Positions 48,989 to 58,997 of a DNA stretch of 64,000 bases are shown piece by piece. Source of the stretch: Candidatus Ratteibacteria bacterium (GTDB lineage: Bacteria; Ratteibacteria; UBA8468; B48-G9; JAFGKM01); assembly GCA_046296715.1 (NCBI GenBank), contig JBKBIN010000004.1:24785-88784 (forward strand), written 5' to 3'. Within the stretch, counting starts at the first letter, position 1. Every line of letters starts with the position of its first letter. A program made the position numbers and the translations under genes. Below the pieces are notes generated by a model that saw only the letters and a list, made by a program, of their open reading frames with translations, did no database searches and was not told the DNA's origin.

Positions 48989-49575
48989 TTTTTACCTACA
49001 GGACATAAATAAAAAACATCTTCTTTTATTCCAAGAACTTTTTTTACTTTTTCGTCTTCAAAAGCACCTATCATAACTGTCCCTAAACCAAGTGCTTCTG
49101 CTTGTAAATGGATATTTTGTCCACAATGTCCAACTTCCATAAACACATATCTTTCTCCTCTTTTCCCATATCTTCCAGTAGTTCTTTGAAAAACACCTGC
49201 AATGATAATAACAACGGGAGCAGTCCTTACAGAAGACTGATTTAATGCGGCTTTTGAAAGTTCAATTCTTAAATCTCCTTCTTTTATAAGTTGTAAAGAA
49301 TGAGTATCTATGTCGTAATAGTAAAGACCAGATTTTATGTTTTCAACATTTCCAACTACTACATAAATTTCAAGTGGATAAGTTGCGCCTGCAGAAGGTG
49401 CAGTTCTTCCACCCCAATCAGCTGTTTTTCCATCTGTTGCCCATAAAATTTGTGATAATTCTTTTAATGTTAAAGGTAACTCTTTATAATTTCTTATTGA
49501 CCTCCTTTTTTTTAGTGCTTCTTCAACAGAAACTTCCCCTTTTAAATTAGGAGGTGGTAATTTTATTTTTTCCAT
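48985..49575 (-). CDS. SagB/ThcOx family FMN-dependent nitroreductase-like dehydrogenase
   Basis: RRSIR, RTAPSAGATYPLE, EVGH.GQN..L; start uncertain (49575 has an RBS; 49632 would add a hydrophobic leader). Confidence 0.88.
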   Translation of the reverse strand: MEKIKLPPPNLKGEVSVEEALKKRRSIRNYKELPLTLKELSQILWATDGKTADWGGRTAPSAGATYPLEIYVVVGNVENIKSGLYYYDIDTHSLQLIKEGDLRIELSKAALNQSSVRTAPVVIIIAGVFQRTTGRYGKRGERYVFMEVGHCGQNIHLQAEALGLGTVMIGAFEDEKVKKVLGIKEDVFYLCPVGKK

Positions 49576-49686
49576 ATTTTCACCCCTTGTAAGAATTGAA
49601 ATAACCAAGTATAAGCAAATAAATATCCTCATAAAATAAATTTTAATTTTATTAAAGAAATTTTTCAAGAGATTTTGCTGTTGATA

Positions 49687-50142
49687 TTAAAAACCCTTTA
49701 AAATCACATCTATTATTTTTTCAACTTCTTCTTCATTAATATATTCTAAATTCTGTATAATTTCTTCCTCAGTAAACGGTAACTCATAATTTATAAATTC
49801 TATTTTTGCAGTTGATATAGATTTTTTTTGATTCGAATTATATATTCTTGTAAGTAAAAAGGTCAAAAGAAATATTAAAACAAAAGAAACATTTATCAAT
49901 ATCGGCTTAATTTTAAAATTGAAAGAACTTTTTTCTTGTATATATTTCATTTTTTCTTTCCAGAAGTTTTCATCATAATTTGGCATTACAACTTTATTTG
50001 AGTTTTTTAGGATCGATAAAAAATCATTGTATAAACTCTTGCATTTATCACATTTTTTTAAATGTTCTTCAATTTTTTCTTTTTCTTTCAAATTACCTTC
50101 AATAAAATCTAAAATACTTTTTTCTACTTTTTTACATTTCAT
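49687..50142 (-). CDS. Zinc-binding (zf-HC2) anti-sigma factor
   Basis: MKC...EEHLKKCDKC followed by a single TM; overlaps the ECF sigma gene. Confidence 0.85.
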   Translation of the reverse strand: MKCKKVEKSILDFIEGNLKEKEKIEEHLKKCDKCKSLYNDFLSILKNSNKVVMPNYDENFWKEKMKYIQEKSSFNFKIKPILINVSFVLIFLLTFLLTRIYNSNQKKSISTAKIEFINYELPFTEEEIIQNLEYINEEEVEKIIDVILKGF

Positions 50143-50659
50143 TTTTTATCACCCCCTTCTTTTTTAAATTTTCTCTTATTTTTTGTAATGATTGAAAATA
50201 TGTTGCTTTAACTGTTCCAATTCTACTTTTCAAAATATTTGCGATTTCTTGATAAGTCATTTCTTCATATGTTTTTAGAATAAAAACAATTTTTTGTTTT
50301 TCCGTTAGATTATTCACTTCTTTTTCTATTTGTTTTACTATATCCTCATAACGAATACAATCTTCAAAATTTTTTCTGTTACTATAATATGAAAAATTCT
50401 CATAATTTAAATTTTCCAACTTTTTAAATTTCTTTTTTTTTCTTAAAAAATCATATGAGAGATTAACTGCTATCCTATATAGATATGTTGAAAATTTTGA
50501 AAGACCCTTAAAACTATTTCGTTTTTTATAAGCACGAATAAAAGATTCTTGGACTATATCTAAAGCGTCATTGTGATCATTTAACAATTTAAAAGCCAAC
50601 CCATAAATTTTATTAGCATAAGTTAAATAATATTCCTCAAAACTTTTTTCATCTATCAT
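50132..50659 (-). CDS. ECF RNA polymerase sigma factor
   Basis: DALDIVQESF, FSTYLYRIAVN, MTYQEIA.IL...IGTVK. Confidence 0.93.
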   Translation of the reverse strand: MIDEKSFEEYYLTYANKIYGLAFKLLNDHNDALDIVQESFIRAYKKRNSFKGLSKFSTYLYRIAVNLSYDFLRKKKKFKKLENLNYENFSYYSNRKNFEDCIRYEDIVKQIEKEVNNLTEKQKIVFILKTYEEMTYQEIANILKSRIGTVKATYFQSLQKIRENLKKKGVIKNEM

Positions 50660-50665
50660 TATTAT

Positions 50666-50694
50666 TTAGACATAAAAACTTGATTAAAGGTTTA
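50666..50694 (-). promoter_or_regulatory. Putative autoregulatory ECF promoter (leaderless-like)
   Basis: TAAACC-N17-GTCTAA ending 6 nt before the ATG; no SD. Confidence 0.45.
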
Positions 50695-50740
50695 TTTTAT
50701 GTTATATTATACACTAAAAATAAAATATAAGGGAGGATAC

Positions 50741-51028
50741 ATGGCTAAGAAAAAAAGAAGTGTTTTAAAAAGGCAAAGACAGGAAATAAAAAGAAGGTTG
50801 AGAAATAAAATGATAAAATCAAAGATAAAAACATTAATTAAAAAAACAAAAGAAGCAGTTTTAAATAATGATCCAGAATTTAATAAAATTTTAAAAGAAA
50901 CGATTAAAGAAATTGATAAAAGTGTTGCAAAAGGAGTTCTACATAAAAATAATGCCGCGAGAAAAAAAAGCAGATTGATGAAATTTATTAAGAAATATAA
51001 AGTTCAGTTAGAATTAGAAAAAAAATAA
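50741..51028 (+). CDS. rpsT: 30S ribosomal protein S20
   Basis: KR.RQ..KRR.RNK..KS; IDK.V.KGVLHKNNAARKKSRL; GGAGG RBS. Confidence 0.96.
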   Translation: MAKKKRSVLKRQRQEIKRRLRNKMIKSKIKTLIKKTKEAVLNNDPEFNKILKETIKEIDKSVAKGVLHKNNAARKKSRLMKFIKKYKVQLELEKK

Positions 51029-51636
51029 ATCAAAAGATATATCTCTAATTCTGTGCCGGGTTGAATTGTCCCAATTTTTAAAAAGTAATCAAGATAATGA
51101 AGTAAATTAAATTTTTTTATAATCTCTTTTGTTATTTCTTTTCTCTTGCATAAAATATTTCTTAAATAAATTTCAATACTACTTATGAGAGGCGTAAAAT
51201 TTCTTTCTCTAACTTTTATATAATTTCTTAAGATTTCTATCATTTTTCCCTTATCCAATTCCTTCAAATTATAAATCTCTTTAAAAAGTACATTTTCAGG
51301 TGAAGGCACTTGCTTTTTTAGTTTGCTTTCTTTAAATGGAAGATTTATAGACATTCCATAAAGAACAACAATAATATGATGGGGAAGTTTTTGTATCACA
51401 TTATAAAGTTTTTCACAATCAGTTTTAGAAATTTTCTCTGTATTTTTTATTATAAAAAGTGCTTTTTCAGAAAAAACTGGTGAATAGTCAAAATCATTTA
51501 GTATCTTCTTTATTTCAGTTTTCTCAGCATCATAAATTTTTATATCAAAATCATTTATCTTATACTTTTCTTTAATTTCGTCAACCACTTCTTTAAATTT
51601 ATCAATATCTTCCAGAATTACTATTAGATTTTTCAT
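51004..51636 (-). CDS. holA: DNA polymerase III delta subunit, short form
   Basis: YDA...P.FSEK...IIKN domain I pattern; lptE-holA><rpsT synteny. Confidence 0.7.
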   Translation of the reverse strand: MKNLIVILEDIDKFKEVVDEIKEKYKINDFDIKIYDAEKTEIKKILNDFDYSPVFSEKALFIIKNTEKISKTDCEKLYNVIQKLPHHIIVVLYGMSINLPFKESKLKKQVPSPENVLFKEIYNLKELDKGKMIEILRNYIKVRERNFTPLISSIEIYLRNILCKRKEITKEIIKKFNLLHYLDYFLKIGTIQPGTELEIYLLIYFFSNSN

Positions 51637-52108
51637 TTTTAATATTTAAAAGTTCAAAATATATCTTTTTAGCAATCTGAACAGATAATTTTGAAAATAT
51701 TTCTTCTTCTTTGTAATCTTTGGAAATAGAAAATGAAGTAGTTTCTGTTAAATTTTTACTTATAATAACACCATCTTTTTTTCTTACTTCCATATAGAGT
51801 TCAATTTTATATTTTGAAGCAACAATATTATCAGTATCCTTTTTATCAAAAAAAAGCGGTATTCTTTCACACTTAAGAATTTTAATAAGAAGTATATAAT
51901 CTGAAAGTTCTTTTAGATTTGTTATTGTAAAATCCGGGTAATTGAGTATTATTTCCTTTAATTTTTCATTGATGAAGAAATTTAAGAGTGATTGGTTAGA
52001 ATAATTTTCAATTTTCTCTAAATATATTTTATTTTTTACCAAATTTCTATTTATATAACATGAAGTCAACAGTAAAAGAAGACTACATACCTTTACCAAT
52101 TTTTTCAT
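51602..52108 (-). CDS. lptE: LPS assembly lipoprotein LptE-like
   Basis: Lipobox LLTSC; IY...IENYS; position between bamD and holA. Confidence 0.6.
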   Translation of the reverse strand: MKKLVKVCSLLLLLTSCYINRNLVKNKIYLEKIENYSNQSLLNFFINEKLKEIILNYPDFTITNLKELSDYILLIKILKCERIPLFFDKKDTDNIVASKYKIELYMEVRKKDGVIISKNLTETTSFSISKDYKEEEIFSKLSVQIAKKIYFELLNIKNEKSNSNSGRY

Positions 52109-53045
52109 TGGCTATTTTCCCATATTTTGTATCTGGAAAAAGAATAGTTAATTTTTTGTAATAATACAACGCACTTTTTTTCTTACCCGCTCTTTCATAA
52201 TATCTTGCAATTTGATAATATTTTTCTGCTTCTTTTTCATCAAGGGTTGTTTCTATAATTTTTATTTCATCTTTAAATTGGCTATCTGGATATTCAATTA
52301 AAAATTCATTTATTTGTTCCCTTATATCTTCTATAGCGTCTATATCAAGCGATACTTCAGGTATTGAATTTAAAGAAAATTTTATTTTTAAAAATTTTGC
52401 TTTTTCTACATAAGTTCTTTCTGAAAAATTTTTTATTATTTTATCTAAAACTTCAATCCCTTTACTGTATTCTTTTAATTCGTAGTAAAAATTTGCAAGT
52501 TTAAACATTCTATTTACTGCTTCTATATCATAAGGACTATTTTCTAAAACTTTATTCATAAATTCTACTTTTTCTTCAACATTTTTAAAAAGACCAAAAA
52601 ATAGTTTACTTTTACTTTCCAATTTTTTTTCTGCTATTTCTGATTGTGCTTTTATTGCAGGAATAACTAAAGGCGAAGAAGGATGTTCTTCTATAATTTT
52701 TTGATAATATTCAAATGCTTTTTTAAAATCACCTTTTTCTTTATAAATATTACCGAGTATAAAACAAGATGATGCAGCATATTCTGATTTTGAATAATGT
52801 TTCAACAATTTTTTGTGTTCTCTTATAGAAGATTCAATATCGCCATTTTTCCTAAACTGTTCAGCATATTCAAATTGTTCTTTTGGAGTGTCTTTAACTG
52901 CATATTTAGGGTTTATCCACTTTTTTGTTTGAGGTGTCCATTCCCAATATGAATAAGAAAAAATTCCCAATAGAAGAAAAATTAAAAAAATTTTACCTTT
53001 ATTCATAAAAATATTTTTAAACAAATAAAGACTTTTGTCAATCAT
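52083..53045 (-). CDS. bamD: Outer membrane assembly factor BamD-like TPR protein
   Basis: TPRs; FL.EYP.S.F; EAEK.Y.IARYY...K..SA..YY; start may be 53006. Confidence 0.8.
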   Translation of the reverse strand: MIDKSLYLFKNIFMNKGKIFLIFLLLGIFSYSYWEWTPQTKKWINPKYAVKDTPKEQFEYAEQFRKNGDIESSIREHKKLLKHYSKSEYAASSCFILGNIYKEKGDFKKAFEYYQKIIEEHPSSPLVIPAIKAQSEIAEKKLESKSKLFFGLFKNVEEKVEFMNKVLENSPYDIEAVNRMFKLANFYYELKEYSKGIEVLDKIIKNFSERTYVEKAKFLKIKFSLNSIPEVSLDIDAIEDIREQINEFLIEYPDSQFKDEIKIIETTLDEKEAEKYYQIARYYERAGKKKSALYYYKKLTILFPDTKYGKIANEKIGKGM

Positions 53046-55449
53046 TTATTTCCTCCATTTCTAAAAAATTTTTTCCTTTTCTTATATTTACTTTAATTGG
53101 AACTTTCAAAGTTATAGAGTTTTCCATAATTTCTTTTACAATTTTTATAACTTTATTTTCTTCATCGGGTAAAACCTCAAATAAAAGTTCATCATGAATT
53201 TGCAAAACTAATTTACTTTTTAAATTCTCATTTTTGAATACTTGGTATATTCTATTCATTGCTACTTTTATAATTTCAGAAGCTGTTCCCTGAATTGGCA
53301 TATTTATTGCTACCCTTTTGCCAAATTCTCTTTCATTTTTATTAGAACTTTTTAATTCAGGTATATATCTTCTTCTTTTTAATAATGTTTCTACATAACC
53401 AATTTCTTCAGTTTTTTTGACAATATTTTCTATATATTGTTTAACTTTCTTAAATTTTTCAAAATATTTTTCAATAAAGATTGAACTTTCTTCAACTGAT
53501 ATTCCGAGTTCCTGCGATAATCCATAAGGACTCATTCCATATATAATTCCAAAGTTTATTGTTTTTGCAATTTTTCTTTTTTCTTCTTTTGTTAGTTCAT
53601 AAAAATTTAATGGAGAAAAAAGTGAATCAGAAACAAGAATAAGGTCAGCAGTTTCAGAATGAATATCTTTATCTTTCTCAAATGCATCTATTAAAACAGG
53701 ATCTTCTGAAAAATGAGCAAGTACTCGTAGTTCTATCTGGCTATAGTCAAAAGAAATAAGAAAATTATTTCCTTCTGCACAGAATGCTTTTCTAACAGAA
53801 CCACCTTTTTGAGTTTTTACTGGTAAATTTTGTAAATTTGGATTTGAACAAGTTAATCTTCCAGTTGAAGTAGAAATTTGACTATAATTAGGATGAATTC
53901 TTCCTGTTTTCTTATTGATGAAATTTAAAAGTCCTTCTATATATGTAGATTTTATTTTATGTATTTCTCTGTATTCAAGAATATATTTAGGTAGAGGATG
54001 TAAAGAAGAAAGTTCTTTTAAAACATAAATATCTGTTGCATATGTAGTTTTTGTTTTTTTTATTACAGGAAGTTTTAATTTTTCAAAGAGTATTTCACCA
54101 ACTTGAGAGGGAGAATTGAGGTTAAATACTTCTCCACTTAAAGAGTAAATTTTGTTGACTATTTCTTCTATTTCTTTGTTAAACTTTTCATTCAATTGTT
54201 TTAAATATTCAATGTCTACTTTTATACCTGCTGTCTCCATCCAAACAAGAACTTCAATAAGAGGCATTTCAACTTCTGTAAAAAGTTCGTACATATTAAA
54301 TTCATTTAAAATCTTCTCATATTCTTCTTTTAATTTAAATATATCCTTATTATAAATAGTTTTTCCTGTAAGATGTTGGGCAATAGAAAAATCAAAATCA
54401 ATGTTTTCAAATCTAACATCTTTATTTTTTAATTCAATAATTTTACTTTTTAGGTCAAATCCAATTTTTTTTATATTTTTATTTTCAAGGACTTCCTTAT
54501 ATTTTTCAAGATTTTTTAAGATTTCACTATATTTTATTATTTCGCCTGTAGAAAGTCCTATGTATTCCTTTATAGTTTCAATATCACTAATTTCAGGATA
54601 GAGCTCTTTTATAACATCTTTCAACTTTTTAAATTCAAATAAATCAAAAATTTCAAACAGTTTAGGTATATCAGGACAATTAATTTTAATATCTTCCAGA
54701 TTTATTTTATCAAAAGCATCTTTATCAAGGATTGAAAGTCTTTTACTTAAAAAAGCAATATCTTTATTTTGTTCAAGTTTTAATTTTAAACTTTGTGATT
54801 CAATTTTTTCTATTTTCTCATAAATTTCTTCAATTGAATTAAACTTTGAAAGAAGTATAGTTGCAGTTTTTTCTCCTATACCTTTTATTCCCGGAATATT
54901 ATCAGAACTATCTCCTACAAGTCCTATAAAATCAACTATTTTTTCTGGTTTAACTCCATATTTTTGAAGTATAAATTTCTCATCTATCAGACTATAATCT
55001 ACAGGATTAATAATAAAGACATTTTTATTAACTAATTGAAAAACATCCTTATCACTTGATAATATAAAAAATAATAAATCATCTCTTTTTAATTTTTCAA
55101 TAAAACTTGCAATAAGGTCATCTGCTTCGTATCCTTCTTTTTCAAAATATTTTATGCCAAAATATTTTATTATTTCTTTAATTTTTGAAATCTGTCCTGA
55201 AAGTTCATCAGGCATTGGTTTTCTTTTCTCTTTGTATTTTTCAAAAGTTATGTGTCTAAAAGTTGGAAATTGAAGATCAAAAAAAATAGCCATGTATTCT
55301 GGTTTTTTTTCTTTTAAAATTTTAATTAAAGTTGTAGTAAATCCGTATATTGCATTTGTCACTATTCCTGTAGAAGTTTTTAATTTAGGTAAAGCGTAAA
55401 AACTTCTATAAATTAGACAAGTCCCATCTATAAGATATATTTCTTTCAT
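53038..55449 (-). CDS. polA: DNA polymerase I (vestigial 3'-5' exonuclease region)
   Basis: LIDG..L.YR, EADD, GDSSDNIPG, TGRL...PNLQN, DYSQIELR, KTINFGIIYG, QIHDEL. Confidence 0.96.
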   Translation of the reverse strand: MKEIYLIDGTCLIYRSFYALPKLKTSTGIVTNAIYGFTTTLIKILKEKKPEYMAIFFDLQFPTFRHITFEKYKEKRKPMPDELSGQISKIKEIIKYFGIKYFEKEGYEADDLIASFIEKLKRDDLLFFILSSDKDVFQLVNKNVFIINPVDYSLIDEKFILQKYGVKPEKIVDFIGLVGDSSDNIPGIKGIGEKTATILLSKFNSIEEIYEKIEKIESQSLKLKLEQNKDIAFLSKRLSILDKDAFDKINLEDIKINCPDIPKLFEIFDLFEFKKLKDVIKELYPEISDIETIKEYIGLSTGEIIKYSEILKNLEKYKEVLENKNIKKIGFDLKSKIIELKNKDVRFENIDFDFSIAQHLTGKTIYNKDIFKLKEEYEKILNEFNMYELFTEVEMPLIEVLVWMETAGIKVDIEYLKQLNEKFNKEIEEIVNKIYSLSGEVFNLNSPSQVGEILFEKLKLPVIKKTKTTYATDIYVLKELSSLHPLPKYILEYREIHKIKSTYIEGLLNFINKKTGRIHPNYSQISTSTGRLTCSNPNLQNLPVKTQKGGSVRKAFCAEGNNFLISFDYSQIELRVLAHFSEDPVLIDAFEKDKDIHSETADLILVSDSLFSPLNFYELTKEEKRKIAKTINFGIIYGMSPYGLSQELGISVEESSIFIEKYFEKFKKVKQYIENIVKKTEEIGYVETLLKRRRYIPELKSSNKNEREFGKRVAINMPIQGTASEIIKVAMNRIYQVFKNENLKSKLVLQIHDELLFEVLPDEENKVIKIVKEIMENSITLKVPIKVNIRKGKNFLEMEEIND

Positions 55450-55451
55450 AA

Positions 55452-55964
55452 TCAAATATTAGTTTTTGCTTTATTCAGCTTTAAACAGGAAATTACCATT
55501 GAAATATTTAAAAGATAGGGTTTATTTTTATCTCTTTTCATTTCAAATTGATGAATATAAATACCTTTTGTCTTTTCAAGTTTTTCTAACATAGAAAGAA
55601 GTTGTTCAATTGTTATAAGATTTATTTGCACTTCAATTTTTTCTAATGTGTATTCATCTACCTTCTCTTTTGGTAAAATATTAATATCACTGACATTTGT
55701 TTTAATTGCTAAAGTTTCAATTAAATCGTTTAAATATGAAAAAAAAGAAAACTGTTCAGATGCAAATTGAAGAGAAGTGTCGTTTTCTTTGCTTTTACTT
55801 TCTTTGTACTTTTCGCACAATTCAATAAATTCATTATATTCTCTTTCTTTTTTTAAAATTAAACTTTCTAAATTCTTGACTTTTCTTTTATTTGGAGCAT
55901 AAATATATTGGTATTCAAAAATTATAATAAAGACAATCAAAATTAAAATAATTCTTTTGTCCAT
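55452..55964 (-). CDS. gspM: Type II secretion protein GspM-like
   Basis: N-terminal TM, coiled coil, ferredoxin-like C-terminus; operon position. Confidence 0.65.
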   Translation of the reverse strand: MDKRIILILIVFIIIFEYQYIYAPNKRKVKNLESLILKKEREYNEFIELCEKYKESKSKENDTSLQFASEQFSFFSYLNDLIETLAIKTNVSDINILPKEKVDEYTLEKIEVQINLITIEQLLSMLEKLEKTKGIYIHQFEMKRDKNKPYLLNISMVISCLKLNKAKTNI

Positions 55965-57181
55965 TATAGTTCAATTTTTAATAAAATATTAAATTTCACT
56001 TTGTTCTCTTTTGTAAAGGATATATCATTAATAGCAAAATCAACGAAAAATTTTGATTTCGTTAAATTTTTCATCACTATATCAAGGTTTTTTAAATTTT
56101 CAACTATACATACCAAATTTATATTTTTATTGTTTATTGAAACTTCTTCAACTTCTGCATTAATATTTTCTGGAAAAAGGGTTGTTATCTCTTCAAGAAT
56201 TTTTATAATTGGGATTTTATAAACAGCAACCTGAGAATAACCTTTATTTTCCATCATCTTTTCTTTAATTTGTATCAAAGGGTTTACAACTTTTTTTGTT
56301 TCTGGGAAGATTGATTTATATAAATCTTCCATTTTTTTATTAATTTCCTCTATCTTTTTTTCTTTTTCTATCATTTTAAAATGAGGATTTGTGAAAAAAG
56401 AAGTGAAAATTACCAAAAGAAGAAGATAAGATATATATTCAAAATTTATCTTTCTCTTAGGAGACAAAATTTCCTGAAAAGAAATACTTTTAATTTTTAC
56501 TTCTTCTAATATATTCAGAAAATTCATTTCAGATAAAAAATGTATTCCTTCTATTTTTATTTCTTCATAAGTTTTTCTATTTCCAATAAAATAGATAGGT
56601 AATTTTTTTGTTAAAAACAGAGAAGGAAGGATTTCTGAAATAGTGCCATTTATATTGTCTGAAGAATAGGAATAAATACCAGTAATTGCAGAGTTTTCAA
56701 TAATATTTGCTAAAAAGTAATCATCTTCAACAAAAAATTCAATAAAATTATTCTCTTTATTTATTTTCTTTTTAAAAAATTGGTCAATTAAAATGGAATC
56801 GATCGAAAATATATATTTTGCTTTATTTGTTTTAAAAATTTTTTTTAGATAGTTTATCTTATCTTTTTCAATAGCAAAAACTCCAACGATGGTCTTGTCT
56901 TTTTCTGGATAATGAAAATTTAAATAAAAGTAAAAATTATCAATAGGCAATGGCAATTTACCTTCAATTTCCTGATTTAAAATTAAACTTATTTTTTTGT
57001 TATCTCTAAATTCAAATTCAACTTTTCTGAAAAAAATATTTAATTTAGAAAAAATTAAAACAAATAGTTTTTTTCTATTGTCCTTTATAAAATTTTCTAA
57101 GTTTTCAAAAAGCAGTTCTCCTTTTTCATTATTTTTGTAATAATAAACTTTTTCACCTTTTATATATAAATAAATTTTCAT
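55964..57181 (-). CDS. gspL: Type II secretion protein GspL-like
   Basis: Cytoplasmic domain, TM, ..FP....VVNP..Q; operon position. Confidence 0.7.
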   Translation of the reverse strand: MKIYLYIKGEKVYYYKNNEKGELLFENLENFIKDNRKKLFVLIFSKLNIFFRKVEFEFRDNKKISLILNQEIEGKLPLPIDNFYFYLNFHYPEKDKTIVGVFAIEKDKINYLKKIFKTNKAKYIFSIDSILIDQFFKKKINKENNFIEFFVEDDYFLANIIENSAITGIYSYSSDNINGTISEILPSLFLTKKLPIYFIGNRKTYEEIKIEGIHFLSEMNFLNILEEVKIKSISFQEILSPKRKINFEYISYLLLLVIFTSFFTNPHFKMIEKEKKIEEINKKMEDLYKSIFPETKKVVNPLIQIKEKMMENKGYSQVAVYKIPIIKILEEITTLFPENINAEVEEVSINNKNINLVCIVENLKNLDIVMKNLTKSKFFVDFAINDISFTKENKVKFNILLKIEL

Positions 57182-58086
57182 AAAACACCCTTTTTAATGA
57201 GTTCAACAGTCTTTTCTTTTTTTATTATCCCTTCCATTATTTTTTCATCCCCTTTTTCATTTTTTACTTTTATCAGGATATGAAAATAATTGCTTTTATA
57301 TTTTATCAAACTTCTATTCTTTAAAAAAATATTTCTGTTTATATCTAAAAGGAATCTCTCATCCAATGGTCTATTTTCTCTTTCCTCAATAATTCTATTT
57401 ACCTGTTCAACTGTAAATCCAAAAGAATTCAATATTTCACTTTTACAGGTATTTATATTTATTTTATCATCAGAATATATGGTAACAAAATCTAAAAGAC
57501 CCTTTTTTTCATTACTTCCATAGACAATTTCTTTATTGAATCCCTTTATTAACAAAAGTTCTTTTAATGATAAAAGATTTCTATTTGGCGGAGTATAACT
57601 AAATCCTTCAGAGGAATATGTAATATCTTCTGCACCAGAAGGTCTTGGTAAACTATCTTCATCAATCCAATCAAGTAGACAGTCAATAAGATAATCAGAA
57701 TATTTAAGAATAGTAAATAGATTTTTTAAAGTATTCAAAAGTAATTGATTAGTTTTGCCTTTTTCTTCTATAATTTTGTTTATATTTATCTTTGAATTTT
57801 CGTCTTCAATTTTAATATTCAGTTGGTAGTTTTCAATTTTAAAATTTCTTTCTTTAGTCCAATTTTCATTTATCCAGTCATAATTATTTTCGTCTTTTTC
57901 AAGAATCTTTTTTGCAATTTCAAATCCAATATCAGAAATCTTATCCATTTCAATTAAATCGTAATAATGTTTGAAAGATTCAAGATATTTTTTAGTTTTA
58001 TAATTGAAAAATAAAACAATAGATGTAAGTATAAGTGAAAAACCCAAAACGAAAATTAAAATAAATCCTTTATTGCTTTTCTTCAT
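57178..58086 (-). CDS. gspK: Minor pseudopilin GspK
   Basis: KGFILIFVL, IEDENSKININ, DWIDED, GAE, EL..IKG, ININT. Confidence 0.9.
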   Translation of the reverse strand: MKKSNKGFILIFVLGFSLILTSIVLFFNYKTKKYLESFKHYYDLIEMDKISDIGFEIAKKILEKDENNYDWINENWTKERNFKIENYQLNIKIEDENSKININKIIEEKGKTNQLLLNTLKNLFTILKYSDYLIDCLLDWIDEDSLPRPSGAEDITYSSEGFSYTPPNRNLLSLKELLLIKGFNKEIVYGSNEKKGLLDFVTIYSDDKININTCKSEILNSFGFTVEQVNRIIEERENRPLDERFLLDINRNIFLKNRSLIKYKSNYFHILIKVKNEKGDEKIMEGIIKKEKTVELIKKGVL

Positions 58087-58621
58087 TTTTTCCTTTCTTT
58101 TCCTCAATGATGTTTAAAAATACAGGATAAAAGATTTTTTCTTCAGAAATTTCCATTTCAATAGCAATTCCTTTAACGGTTTTATCAGTTTCTAAAGTGT
58201 AACTCCAATCTTCCTCTTGAAAGACAAGAAAATTTATATTTTTGCCTGTTAGAACTGGAAAACTATATTCATATCCTGAAAGAATGTTTTTTTGAGTTCT
58301 TATTAATGTTTCATTTTCATTACTTTTTACACTATAAGTAATTTCAGACGGAAAATCCATATCTTGGATAAATGTAATAAAAGTTATTTCCTTCTTATTA
58401 AACTTTATATTTTTAATATCAACGATTTCATTTATTTCAGACTTAAATGAGTGTAAAAAATTAAATAAGATTTCCTTATTCTTAATTTCTTTTTCTAAAT
58501 CTTTAACACTTTTTTGGATTGTAAAAACTACTCTATAAACAGTCAAAAAAATCAAAGAGATTAAAGTAATAGAAATTAAAATTTCAATAAGTGTAAATCC
58601 CAATTTTTTTAAATTATTCAT
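58070..58621 (-). CDS. gspJ: Minor pseudopilin GspJ
   Basis: G|FTLIEILI prepilin motif; operon position. Confidence 0.75.
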   Translation of the reverse strand: MNNLKKLGFTLIEILISITLISLIFLTVYRVVFTIQKSVKDLEKEIKNKEILFNFLHSFKSEINEIVDIKNIKFNKKEITFITFIQDMDFPSEITYSVKSNENETLIRTQKNILSGYEYSFPVLTGKNINFLVFQEEDWSYTLETDKTVKGIAIEMEISEEKIFYPVFLNIIEEKKGKNEEKQ

Positions 58622-58997
58622 TTTTTTCTGTTGTTTTTAAGAATGGGAGAAAAACTGAATAATATTCATTTCGGCTTTCTACTACTAATTTATAAGGAAT
58701 TAATTCAATATCCGCTTCTGTATCTTTTATTGTTATATCTGAGATTTTAATTTCCCAAGTATAGTCACTATTTAATCCTTCAAAATTTCCTTTCTCTTCT
58801 TTAATTTCTTTACCATCTATTTTAATTTCCTCTATTTTTCTTTCTGCAAGAAAAATTATTTTTATTTTGTCATTTATAATTTTTATCTCTTTCAAACAGA
58901 TTAAATAATTTGTTAAACATACAATAGCAACAATTCCAAAAATTCCAACAGCAATCATTATTTCAAGAAAAGTAAATCCGTTTTTATATGTTTTCAA
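58614..58997 (-). CDS. gspI: Minor pseudopilin GspI
   Basis: G|FTFLEIMIA; TTG start after GGAGAGG. Confidence 0.75.
   Translation of the reverse strand: MKTYKNGFTFLEIMIAVGIFGIVAIVCLTNYLICLKEIKIINDKIKIIFLAERKIEEIKIDGKEIKEEKGNFEGLNSDYTWEIKISDITIKDTEADIELIPYKLVVESRNEYYSVFLPFLKTTEKNE

Noticed and set aside
48985..49668. SagB/ThcOx gene as a RiPP (azole) cluster
   Set aside because: No YcaO, precursor peptide or transporter nearby; stand-alone members are common
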